This document shows positions 1 to 11,289 of a stretch of DNA of 57,799 nt, piece after piece. Position numbers and translations under genes: made by a program. This DNA comes from Chiloscyllium plagiosum (lineage: Eukaryota): contig NC_057757.1 of assembly GCF_004010195.1 (NCBI RefSeq), forward strand, positions 3,750,149 to 3,807,947. The letters are read 5' to 3'. How positions within the stretch are numbered: position 1 is the stretch's first letter; each line of letters begins with the position of its first letter. The notes under the pieces are model-generated. The model searched no databases. It was not told the origin of the DNA and saw only the letters and a program-made list of their open reading frames with translations.

Positions 1-1632
1 TGTCAAACACATTACTGAAGTCCATTTAGATCACGTCCACTGCTCTGCCCTCATCAATCCTCTTTGTTACTTCTTCAGAAACCTCAATCAAATTCGTGAG
101 ACATGATTTCCCACGCATAAAGCTGTGCTGACTATCCCTGATTAGTCCTTGCCTTTCCAAATACATGTACATCCTTCTCCCTCAGGATTCCCTCCAACAG
201 CTTGCCCACCACCGACTTCAGGCTCAGTGGTCTATAATTCCCTGGCTTGTCCTTACCACCCTTCTTAAACAGTGGCACCATGTTAACCACCCTCAGTCTT
301 CTGGCACCTCACCTATGACCATCGATGATACAAAATATCTCAGCAGGGGACCCAGCAATCACTTCCCTAGCTTCCCACAGAGCTCTTGGATACACCTGAT
401 CAGGTCGTGGGGATTTATCCACCTTTATGCGTTTCAATAAATCCAGCACTTCCTCCTCCGTAGTATGGAAATTTTTCAAGACGTCACTATCTATTTTCAC
501 ACATTGTATATCTTCCATGTCCTACCCCAGAGCAAACACTGATGCAAGATAGTTGTTTAGTATCTCCCCCATCTCTTGAGGCTCCACACAAGGGCTGCCT
601 TGCTGATCTTTGAGGGGCCATATTCTCTCCCGAGTTACCCTTTTGTCCTTAATTAATTTGTAAAATCCCTTTGGCTTCTCCTTAACCCTATTTGCCAAAG
701 CTATCTCAAGGCCCCTTTTTGCTCTCCAGATTTCTCTCTCAAGTATACTCCTACTGCCTTTATACTCTAAGGATTCACCCGATTTTTCCTGTCTGTACCT
801 GACATACGCTTCCTTCTTTTTCTTAAGCAAACCCTCAATTTCCCTAGTCATCCAGCTATCCTTACACCTACCAGCCTTTCCCTTCACCCTTAAAATCCCT
901 TTGGCTTCTCCTTAACCCTATTTGCCAAAGCTATCTCAAGGCCCCTTTTTGCTCTCCAGATTTCTCTCTCAAGTATACTCCTACTGCCTTTGTACTCTAA
1001 GGATTCACCCGATCTATCCTGTCTGTACCTGACATACGCTTCCTTCTTTTTCTTAAGCAAACCCTCAATTTCCCTAGTCATCCAGCTATCCCTACCAGCC
1101 TTCCCCTTCACCCTAACAGGAATATACTGTCTCTGGACTCTCATTATCTCATTTCTGAAGGCTTCCCATTTTCCAGCTGTCCCTTTACCTGCGAACATCT
1201 GCCCCCAATCAGCTTTTGAAGGTGCTTGCCTAATACCGTCAAAACTGGCCTTTCTCCAATTTAGAACTTCAAATTTTAGAACTGTTAGGTCTACCCTTTT
1301 TCATCACTATTTCTGCCCCCAATCAGCTTTTGAAGGTGCTTGCCTAATACCGTCAAAACTGGCCTTTCTCCAATTTAGAACTTCAAATTTTAGGTCTACC
1401 CTTTTTCATCACTATTTTAAAACTAATACAATTGTGGTCGCTGGCCCCAAAGTGCTCTCCCACTGACACCTCAGTCACTTGCCCTGCCTTACTTTCCAAG
1501 CGTAGATCAAATTTTGCACCTTCTCTAGTAGGTACATCCACATACTGAACCAGAAAAATTTCTTGTACACTTAAACTCCTCTCCATCTAAACCCTTAACA
1601 CTATGACAGTCCCAGTTTACATTTGGAAAGTT
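1..1632 (-). mobile_element. CR1-clade (HER1-like) LINE ORF2 fragment, endonuclease C-terminus to start of RT, disrupted
   Basis: Minus-strand peptides HFGASDHNCISF (APE endonuclease SDH motif), WMTREIEGL..KKKEAY and IKVDKSPRPDQVYPR. Contains frameshifts and internal duplications. Confidence 0.92.
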
Positions 1633-2467
1633 AACCTTGAGATGCACGGGAGAGGCCAGAGGGGGGTTTTCTATTTATAGAAGAGGGTAATAGGATGAAC
1701 GGCGGCACACTTACACGGTGATGACTGCCGAGAGAATTTCCAGCGCGTCGCAATGGATTGCCGGCAGGACTAACATCTTTAATGGTCCATCCCCTATCCA
1801 GCTCTGCAACCAACAATGGAGGAAAGCTCGTTAAAACCACACCCAAGAGGACGGGAGCCACATTTCACGACTGCGTGTGGAGTATGAAAGGAGCAAACAC
1901 GAAAGCAGATCTATTCACAGTATGGCACAGGAGGCAAGGAGAAAGAGTAAGGAGGTGAGTTTCAGGCGGACTGCTCCTAAAAAGCTTCTTTGAACATGTC
2001 AAAAATGTGCAGAACAACAGTGCCAACAGTTAACAGCCTGTGGCAAATAACTAGCGATGAACCAAAAGACAGAAGCGAGTAAGGAATCGGAGAATTAAGT
2101 TCTCCGCAATTATTGCTGAGCAAGAGTGCACCAGAAGACAGGGAAATAATTTGCGATAAACAAAAGCTGAAATAAGTCAATAAGGGATTGGAGAATTAAA
2201 TTCCCTGGGATTATTGCTGCGCAGCTACGCTGGGCTAGAGCCTTGCACTCTTTGAGACAATAACAAATTTCAAACATTCACAATACATAGATTGAATGTT
2301 TGAAATACGGATCTCCTGATGACAGCAAGATATCAAGCTTCAGCAGCCTCCCTTCTCAGCGAGATGTCAGTTATTCTTAAATAAGTGTTCAAATTTTTAA
2401 TGCCTTGTAAAACAGTATTGTTTGCAATGTATCGGGAGAAAGTAACAAACGTCTAAAAGCTGCTTCT

Positions 2468-2835
2468 ATCATAGAATCCCTATAGTGTGGCAACAGGCCA
2501 TTTGGCCCAACGAGTCCACACCAATCCATCCCTACTCTATTACTCTACATTTACCCCTGTACCTAACCTACACATCCCGGAACACCATGGGACAAATTAG
2601 CATTGCCAATCCACACTAACCTGTACATCCCTGCGCACTATGGGATAACTTAGCACGGCCAATCCACCCTAACCTGTACATCTTTGGATGGTTGGAGGAA
2701 ACCGGAGCACCCAGAGGAAACCCATACAGACACAGGGAGAATGTGCAAACTCCACACAGAGTCGCCAGAGGCTGGAATTGAACCCGGGTCCTGGCACTGT
2801 AAGGCAGCAGTGCTAACTATTGAGCCACCATGTCA
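2468..2835 (-). mobile_element. HE1-type V-SINE
   Basis: V-domain and tRNA head on the minus strand. Confidence 0.9.
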
Positions 2836-2961
2836 CTGGATTCGCAGTCCAGTGATAATGCCAACAGCGCCTGTTATTTACAACACAGACATTGAATGCT
2901 GAAATGTAGTTCTTGGGCTAATGTGATCCATGCCCAGGGTTCACCTCCATATGATTGCTGC

Positions 2962-3378
2962 ATAGTGCCCAGGGATGTGCAGGTTAGGGTGAATTGGCCA
3001 TGCTAAATTGTCCCATAGTGCCCAGGAATGTGCAGGTTAGGGTGAATTGGCCATGCTAAATTGTCCCATCTTGTTCGGGGATGTGCTGGTTAGGGTGGAT
3101 TGGCCGTGCTGAATTGTCCCATAGTGTCCAGGGATATGCAGGTTAGGGTGGATTGGCCGTGCTAAATTGTCCCATCTTGTCCAGGGATGTGGAGGTTAGG
3201 GTGGATTGGCTGTGTTAATTTGTCCCATAGTGTTCATGGATATGCAGGCTGGGTGCATTAGTCAGGGATAAATGTAGAGTAATGGGGAATGGATTTGGGC
3301 AGGATACTCTTCAAAGGGTCGGTGTGGACTTGTTGGACAGAAGGGGCTGTTTTCACATGGTAGGGATTCTATGATTCT
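2962..3378 (+). mobile_element. 5'-truncated HE1-type SINE with about 5 internal ~52-54-bp tandem repeats
   Basis: Repeated gatgtgcaggttagggtggattggccatgctaaattgtcccatagtg, then the SINE tail. Confidence 0.88.
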
Positions 3379-3767
3379 TCTACACGACCAAAACTAATGC
3401 TCTGGGGACCTGGGTTCGAATCCTGCTGCAGCCTGCAGTGAAACTCAAATTCAATAATGAACTGGAATGAAGAACCCACTTTTGGACAAATCCAGCTGGT
3501 TCACTCAGGGCCTGGAGGCTTGCTTGATCTGACATTCAACTCCAGACCCTAGCCAGCGACTCCCTCAGTCGGGAATGAATAAGAAACACAGCAGCAGGAA
3601 GCGATCTCTTGATCCTATGTCAACAGAATCATGGCTGATCATCCAACTCAGTTGCCTGTTCCCTCTCTCTCCCTTTGATCCCAAACAGCAACTTTGAATT
3701 CCTCCTCAAAAACACATTCAGTGACTTGGCATCAACTGCTTCCTGTATTTACAATCGAGCGTGATTA

Positions 3768-3983
3768 TAGGTATCCCCCGCTTTTCGAAAGTTCGCTTTA
3801 CGCTACTTCACTTTTACGAAGGATCGCTAACCGAAAGAAATCCAAAGAGGATTTTCGCTTTTACAAAGAAAGGCAGAATATTAATGAATGAATTAACGGT
3901 AATTGCTTCTTGACTTTACGCCATTTCGGCTTACAATAGGTTTTCATCGGAAAGTTCTACTTTTGGAGAGCAGGGGAAACCTG
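3768..3983. mobile_element. Tigger/pogo-like MITE (216 bp)
   Basis: Imperfect 25-bp TIRs: taggtatcccccgcttttcgaaagt versus (reverse complement) caggtttcccctgctctccaaaagt. TA precedes the left end. Confidence 0.7.
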
Positions 3984-4429
3984 GACACGGCTTGATTTTT
4001 GCTGGACTGAAATTTCGCCTTAGCCTTGGACCCATGTTTCTGGACTTGGAGCCCAGAGGCATCATCAGGCAAAAATGAGGACTGCAGATGCTGGAGATTA
4101 CAGTCAAGATTAAAATGGTGCTGGGAAAATACAGCAGGTCAGGCAGCATCCGGGGTGCAGGAAAACTGACGTTTTGGCCAGGAGCCCTTCCTGATGAAGG
4201 ACTCCTTCCTGAAATGTCGATGTTCCATCATTACACGGCTGCCTACCCATGAGCTAATTAGCTGGCTACAGATAGAGGAAGGGTCAGAAAACATCAGGTA
4301 GGGAAGCAGTGTCAGCAGCGTGCAAGCTGCACGGAGGATGAGAGTCAAAGCAGAGTCCTTCCTCCCCCTGGGAACAGCTTCGAGAAGCCATGGGCTCAGG
4401 AAGGGGTGGGAGAGCAAGGCTTTCCTTAC

Positions 4430-4517
4430 CATGTTCTTGGTGCTGATGTTCAGGATCCGACAGACCAAATTCAGGACGTCCTGCACCGGGAGCTTCACAG
4501 GCACCGGGAAATCTGAA
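4430..4517 (-). CDS. PELP1: PELP1 exon 9, SDFPVPVKLPVQDVLNLVCRILNISTKNM; remaining exons expected beyond the left edge
   Basis: ttgcag|T...ATG|gtaagg, 88 nt. Matches human SEFGAPVSVPVQEILDFICRTLSVSSKNI. The eight exons join into 822 nt without a stop. Confidence 0.95.
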
Positions 4518-5214
4518 CTGCAAGGCAAGGGAGAGGCAGAGCTCAGCGGTTAGCAAGAGGAGACAGCAAGGGCTCAAAAGCACCGCGCGAGCAGCAAGCT
4601 CATTGGGAGAGGAACACAGGTCGTGACGCGATTACAGAAAATACTCAACCCTGCAGCAGCAGGGATTAGGGTCAAACCAGCTCTGTAACATCTGGGATCC
4701 CGACTAGGAGGAAGAATCCTGTGGGTCTACGTGTGCTGGGCTTTGAAATCTCTTGATAACTGGGATGGTCAAGGTTTGAAATCTCCAGCAATTTGTGCCG
4801 TCTAGCTTGCCCGAGTGTGGTTTTGGGGGCATCATGCCAATGTTTATTCACGTTTACAGCAGCAGAGTGACCGTGCTACTTGGTTGGAGTGTGTCAGGTA
4901 CACCTTAGCGTGCAGAGAAATTTTTCACTGCTCTGGACCACTCAGAGTGAAGGAAGCTGGGAGTCTCCAGTTCCCAAATAAACAAGCAAGCAAAGTAGCC
5001 CTGTTGGCTCACTCAGTGAATGATTGATGCAGGGTCAGGAGGAAAGCAAATTTGACAAGGTTGCAATCTACGTAATGGCAGGCAGTGATGAAACAAGAGA
5101 GAGGGGGAGAAAGGGAGAAATGGGGGAGAAAGAGAGGGGGGAGGGAGAAAGAGAGCGGGGGGAGGAGAGAAAGAGAGAGAGCACACGAGAGAGGAGTGGG
5201 AACGCTGGCTGTAC

Positions 5215-5344
5215 CTGAGGAGCAGCGAGAGGCACTTGCTCAGCGCAGAGAACCGTTGCCTCAGCTGCAGCACGTGGAAGGGGTCTCCATCGTTCAGCTC
5301 AGGCAGGGGCAACATGACTCCTGGGCCTTCATAACAAACTGGGT
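5215..5344 (-). CDS. PELP1: PELP1 exon 8, (D)PVCYEGPGVMLPLPELNDGDPFHVLQLRQRFSALSKCLSLLL
   Basis: tcgcag|AC...CAG|gtacag, 130 nt. Matches human PVQNEGPGVEMLL...LLQLRQRFSGLARCLGLML. Confidence 0.95.
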
Positions 5345-5489
5345 CTGCGACAGGCAACAGTTCAAGGAGAGGGTTAGTTTGCACATCTCCGCACCGACTC
5401 TGCACGAAGATACAGAACAAAACCGGTACCCCTTAAAACTCTGCGACTTGTTGTTCCCTTTCTGAGTATTTATTCAGATTTCCCCTTTT

Positions 5490-6330
5490 GAAAACTGGTG
5501 ATGTCATGGACAGTGAAGAAGGTTATCAAAGATAACAAAGGGGTCTTGATCAACTGATTCAATGGGCTGAAGACTGGCAGGTGGAGGTTAATTTGGATAA
5601 ACGGAAAACAAACAAGGGCAGAACTTATACAATTAAAAGTAGGGCCTTTTGTTGTGTTGTAGAACAGAGAGACCTTGAGGTGCAGGTACATAATTCTTTG
5701 AAGTTTGCTTCACATACAGACAGGGCAGTTAAAAAGGCATTGAGCACACATGTCTTCATTGCTCGACCTTTGAGTAATGGAGTTAGGACGTCATGGTGAG
5801 GTTGTACAGGACATTAGTGAGACCTCTTCTGGAGTACTGTGTCCGGTTCTGGTCACCCTGTTAAGGGAAGGGTATTATTACGTTGGAGAAGATTCAGAAG
5901 AGATTTACCAGGATGTTGCCAGGAATGGAGGCTTCAGTTATTGGGACTGGCTGGGACTTTTTTCCCTGGCATGGAGGAGTTGAGAGGTGACCTTATCGAG
6001 GTTTGTAAAATCATGACGGATATAGGTAAGGTGAATAGCAGATATCTTTCCCCTGGGTTGGTGAAATTTCAAGACCAGGGGCATATTTTTGAAATGAGAG
6101 GAGAAAGATATATAAAAGACGAGTGATTAGTGTGTGAAATGAACTTCCAGAGGAAGTGGAGGAGTACAGTTATAACATTTAAAAGACATTTGGATAAGTT
6201 CATGAATAGGAAAGGTTTAAGAGGTTTCTGGGCCAGGAGCAGGCAGGTGGGTCTAGTTTCGCTTGGGATTATGGTCAGCACAGACTGGTTGGACCGAAGG
6301 GCCTGTTTCTGTGCTGTATGACTGTAGGAC
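5490..6330 (+). mobile_element. CR1 LINE 3' fragment (RT C-terminus + 3' UTR), decayed
   Basis: VEQRDLEVQVHNSLK, LRGDLIEV and FKRHLDKFM motifs, plus the typical ggaccgaagggcctgtttc tail. Confidence 0.9.
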
Positions 6331-7024
6331 TCTTATTAAATCTGCATCGACCACCTTCCAGATACAGCACTCCAGATCGCAACAATGCGCTGCATTAACT
6401 CTCCTTCCCTCCCTTTCTCAATTACCCGTGGCCTTCCTACTCCTGGACACAGCTTCTCCTCACTTCAGCTCCCTCTTATCAAAAGACTAAAGTCCCCCCG
6501 CCATTTTGAAAGATTCTCTCCTCCTCTGCTACAAGGAAAGGCTTCTCCATGTCCCTTCACATAACTGAAGCTGCCCCCAGCACAGGTACAGAACAAAATG
6601 CAAATCCCAGTTTGGTGCGGGAATAGACACTACTCTGTCCTCCACCTCCCAGGCTGCGAGTGATTCTTTCCTCCACCAGGATTTCCGAACCCGCAGGCAA
6701 TGCACTCACTTCCTCCACTGTCGGCTTTGCCAATCGGATTTTGACCTCAGACCCCACCGACAGAGTTTACTTTCAGGATCTGTTACTGGACAGTCACTGA
6801 CCATCTTGCATCCCAGGCCAAACCCTTCCGTGGCAATCTTACACACTTTGAAAAGGACACCCTCCTTTCGCTAAGCTCCAAGAGGTACCGACCCAGCCTC
6901 CTGCTGAGACAACAACTTCACCTGAAAACCCCCCTCCCAAGTACGTACTCTGAAACAGCTTCCAAGCAGCAGATTCTGTCCAACTGTTTCTCTCTCCCAG
7001 ACACTGCAGGACATTTTTTAATCA

Positions 7025-7342
7025 TTCATGGGATGAGGGTGTCGCTGGCTAAGCAGCCTTTATTGCCCAGAGGGCAGTTAAGAGTCAACCACATTACTGT
7101 GGGTCTGGAGTCACATGTAGGCCAGACCAGGTAAGGATGGCAGATTCCTTCCCTGAAGGACATTAATGACCCAGATGAGTTTTACCAACAATCGACAGTG
7201 GTCATCATTAGACTCTTAATTCCAGGTTTTTAATGGATTCAAATTCCACTGCCTGCTGTGGTGGGAGTCGAACCTGGGTCCCCAGAACATTACCTGGGTC
7301 TCTGGATTAACAGTCCAGTGATAATACCATTAGGCCATCGCC
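7025..7342 (-). mobile_element. Second tRNA-derived SINE family sharing its 3' end with the second LINE family
   Basis: Minus-strand head ggcgatggcctaatggt...caggttcgactcc (A/B boxes) and tail gggcaataaa..gc...ccagcgac. A further copy lies at ~8700-9010. Confidence 0.75.
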
Positions 7343-7859
7343 TTGCAACTTGTTGAGTTTCTCCAGCACTCTCCACCCCTTTTTATTTCAGATCTGTAGC
7401 ACCTGATGTTGGGCAGATCCATAAATCAGGGTCCTTAAATAAGGAGACCAAAAGTGCACAGAGTGTTCCCAGCGCAGTCTCACCAACGCCCTGCACTGCC
7501 GTAGCAAGACCCACGTACTCCCTTTCCCTGGCAATAAAGGCCTATATATCATCAGCCGCCCTAATTACGTGCTGTGGACTTGTGATTCACGTGTAAGGGA
7601 ACACTCACTCCCATCGGACTGTGGCTTTCTGCAGTTTCTCCCCACTTAAACAAAAGCCCGCTCTGCTATTCTTCCTGCCAAAGTGCACAGCCTCACATCA
7701 TAGGGACAGAACAGCACAGAAAGAGGCCCTTCAGCCCATCACGGTTGTGCCAGTCAAAAGGAAGCTCCAGCTATTGGCACATCTGCCTACAGCTGCCAAA
7801 CCTGTGCCCGCTCATCAATGCAATGCCACACCTGACTGCCAGGCTTATTCACTTTGTGG

Positions 7860-8410
7860 GCAAATGGAATATTGTCCTTTATTGATGAAGGGATTGAGTT
7901 TAAGAGCAGGGAGGTTATGCTGCCGCAGGAGAGGGTGTTGGGGAGGCCACACCTGGAGTACTGTGTGCAGTTCTGGTCTCCTTACTTGAGAAAGGATGTA
8001 CTGGCAATGGAGGGGGTGCAGAGGAGGTTCACTCGGTTGACTCCAGAATAGAGAGGGTTGCCTTATGAGGAGACTGGGTCTATACTAATTGAAATTTATA
8101 AGGTAGAAGCAGAGAGAATGTTTTCACTGGCTGGTGAAACTAGGAAAGGAGGGTGTAGCCTCAAAATTAGGGGAAGCAGATTCAGGACTGAGTTAAGAAG
8201 GGATGCCTAGGGAAGCAGCTGAGATTTCCTCAGTAAATGCTTTTCAAGCGAAGAGAGATAATGCTTTGATCGGTTAAGGAATTGAGGGCGATGCTGAGCA
8301 GGAGGGTAAGTAGACCTGAGGCCACGAACAGGTCAGCCATGAAGTCACTGAATGGTGGAGCAGGCTAGAGGGGTGGGGGGGGGGCCAGACGGCCTACTCC
8401 TGCTCCAAGC
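7860..8410 (+). mobile_element. CR1 LINE 3' fragment, second subfamily
   Basis: RPHLEYCVQFWSPYLRKDVLAMEGVQRRFTRL. Confidence 0.88.
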
Positions 8411-8439
8411 CCTTACATGCACTTGGCTTGCCCTCTCAC

Positions 8440-8590
8440 CGGTTTCTGCCCCTTCGTACAACTGCTTGACCAGGCCGTGCAAGGTGGCGAGGAGGTAGTG
8501 TAGCTGCTGTGCCCAAGATTCCACGTACTTCATTCCCTGGGCAAACCCGGCTCCAAGCCCAGGCAACAACACGTAGCATTGGCAGGCCAG
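8440..8590 (-). CDS. PELP1: PELP1 exon 7, LACQCYVLLPGLGAGFAQGMKYVESWAQQLHYLLATLHGLVKQLYEGAET
   Basis: ctccag|CTG...CCG|gtgaga, 151 nt. Matches human LACECYSRLPSLGAGFSQGLKHTESW...LYEGAET. Confidence 0.96.
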
Positions 8591-9164
8591 CTGGAGAGAG
8601 AGGAGGGAGAGCGGGATTAGTCAGTCAAACGCAGCGTCAGGTATTACACAGCGCAGGAACCAGCCACGCAACCCACCCCATCATTTTTGTTGAAGTCATT
8701 TGTGGGATGTGGGCATCGTTGGACAGGCCCAGTATTTATCGCCCATCCCCAATTGCCCAGAGGGCAGTTAAGCCTCACCCACATTGCTATGGGTCTGGAG
8801 TCACATGTAGGCCTGACCAGGTAAGGATGGCAGTTTCCTGCCCTCAAGGAAGCTAGCAAACCGGATGGGTTTTTCCGACAATTGGCAAAGGATTCACGGT
8901 CACCGTCTGCAATTGGTTTGTATAGAATTCAGATGCCACCTCCTGCTGTAGTGGGATACAAACCCAGCTCCCCTGGTGAACAATCCAGTCGTAACACTGC
9001 AAGGCCATCCCCCCAATACACCACACGCCCCCCCCCCCCCCCCAATTATCCAATATCTACCTCTGACTAATGCACCTAACACAGCCACCTGATGAAGGAG
9101 CGGCGATCCGATTAAACCTGTTGGGATTATAAGCTGGTCTTGCAGGATTTTTAACTTTGTACAC

Positions 9165-9378
9165 ATTCATGAACACTATGGGCCATTTAGCATGGCCAAT
9201 CCACCCTAATCTGCATGTCTTTGGACTGTGGGAGGAAACTAGAGCACTCAGAAGAAGCACAGACAGACACGGGGTGAACGTGCAAACTCCACACAGACAG
9301 TGGCCTGAGGCTAGAATCGAACCCGGGTCCCTGGCGTCGTGAGGCAGCTGTGCCAACCACTGAGGCACCATGCCATCC
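9165..9378 (-). mobile_element. HE1-type V-SINE, 5' half
   Basis: tRNA head and V-domain on the minus strand. Confidence 0.85.
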
Positions 9379-9463
9379 CCACTGCCACTTAAGGGTTGGA
9401 CCAGATACTTGGGTCCTACTCGTCCAAATTAATCAAAGTCCCATTCACCAGCTTTTGGCAAAT

Positions 9464-9735
9464 ATTATACAGTGACAGACCTGTGCCCACTAGTACTGTA
9501 CCCCAGTGTTATACAGGGACAGACCTGCCCCCACCAGCACTGTACCCGAGTTATACAGTGACAGACCTGCCCCCACCAGCACTGTACCCGTGTTATACAG
9601 TGACAGACCTGTCCCCACCAGTACTGTACCCGTGTTATAGTGACAGACCTGTCCCCACCAGTACTGTACACCAGTGTTATATAGTGACAGACCTGTCCCC
9701 ACCAGCACTGTACCCCAGTGTTATACAGTGACAGT
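9464..9735. repeat. ~44-bp minisatellite (ttatacagtgacagacctgtccccaccagtactgtaccccagtg), about 6 copies
   Basis: Tandem copies directly visible. Confidence 0.92.
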
Positions 9736-10179
9736 CTAAACCCTTCCTTTTCATGCACCCATTCAGTTGCCTTCTAAATGGTGGGGTGTGAGGGAATCTG
9801 TTTGGGGTATACAAAATTATGAGAGGAGTGAAACATGAGACTTTGATCCTTAAGGTGCATCCTCAGCCACAGGTTAAAGGTGAGGAATAACTGGTCAAGA
9901 GGAAAGCTGAAAAAGATGGTTCCTCACTCAGGGGCTGGCAAAAATAGAAAAGCGCGTTGCCTGAGAGGGTGACGGAGGCAGGCATGCTCACAGTATTTAA
10001 GAAGCATCTGGATGAGCGCTTAAAATGCCAGGGCCTAGCAGGCTGTGTACTGAGCAAATGGGATTAGTGTTTTGGTCAGCAGAGACATAGCAGGCCAAAG
10101 GGTCCATCCCCCTATGCTGTATGACTCCAAAATGTTTGATGTTTCGAGCTCAACCACCTTCTGTAGGAGAGAATTCCAC

Positions 10180-10770
10180 AGGTTATGCTGCAGCTGTACA
10201 GGGTGCTGGTGAGGCCACACCTGGAGTACTGTGTATGGTTCTGGTCTCCTTACTTGAGAAAGGGCGCACTGGCACTGGAGTGGGCGCAGAAGAGGTTCAC
10301 TCGTCGATGCCAGAGTTGAGAGGGTTGCCTTATGAGAAAAGCTGAGTAGACTGAGACTGTACTGATTGGAATTGAGAAGAATGAGGGAGGGATCTTATAG
10401 GAACATATAAAATGATGAAGGGAATAGATAAGATAGAAGCAAGGAGGCTGTTTCTGCTGGGAGGTGAAACTAGAATGAGGGGCCATTGCCTCAAAATGAG
10501 AGGCAGCTGATTTGGGACTGAGTTGAGGTGGAACTTGTTCACCCAAAGGGTTATGAATCTGTGGAAATTCCCTGCCCAGGAAAGCAGTTAAGGCCACCTT
10601 GTTGAATGTTGATAGATAGATTTTGGAACAGTAAAGGAATTAAGGGTTAGGGTGAGCGGGAGGGGTAAGTGGACCTGAAGCCACAAAAAGATCAGCCATG
10701 ATCTTACTGATTGGCAGAGCAGGCTCGAGGGACAAGGTGGCCTACTCCTGCCCGTATTTCTTAAGATCTT
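10180..10770 (+). mobile_element. CR1 LINE 3' fragment
   Basis: ggccacacctggagtactgtg motif and a 3' UTR ending cctactcctgcc...tcttaagatctt. Confidence 0.85.
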
Positions 10771-11092
10771 ACCTCCTCACTCTGTGGGGGACAGTAAGTA
10801 TTCTCAAATCAGTGCTAAATGGCCTGCCAACGTAGACTTAGAAAGGAGTGGAAGGGTCAAGACGTAGGATGACAGTTCTTAAAACACAAGCCACGCCATT
10901 CAGGGGCCTTGAAGTGTTGCCTTGACAATGGGAGTGGAAACCTGGAATTATTTTGCCCGGAAAACTGGAGGTCGATGGGCATTGACTGAAATTCTAGTAA
11001 TCACTCAGTTTGCAGGCTGACAGATCCCAGTCCGGCAGACAGAATGCAAGATCAAATCTCACCTGGGACAGGCATCACTGCCCTGTGCTTAC

Positions 11093-11152
11093 CTCGTGCA
11101 TGTGTGGGCTCCCAGTGTCAAGTTTACTCAGGAAGTAAGCAGCAAGCTTGCC
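11093..11152 (-). CDS. PELP1: PELP1 exon 6, GKLAAYFLSKLDTGSPHMHE
   Basis: caacag|GGC...GAG|gtaagc, 60 nt. Matches human GKLASFFLSRVDALSPQLQQ. Not in the ORF track. Confidence 0.93.
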
Positions 11153-11289
11153 CTGTTGACACAGAGGAGGCAGAGTTACTGTCCAACGACCTGCAAATCC
11201 GTCTGCTGCTCTTCAAATGCCCCTTTACCCAGCGATATTCCAGCATCAGGGGTGTAGCAATGAATTGGTGCAGACTCATTGCATCACAC

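Noticed and set aside
5084..5092. C-box-like GTGATGA suggesting an intronic snoRNA
   Set aside because: It is on the strand opposite PELP1 transcription and is followed by a low-complexity purine tract, with no suitably placed D box or terminal stem.
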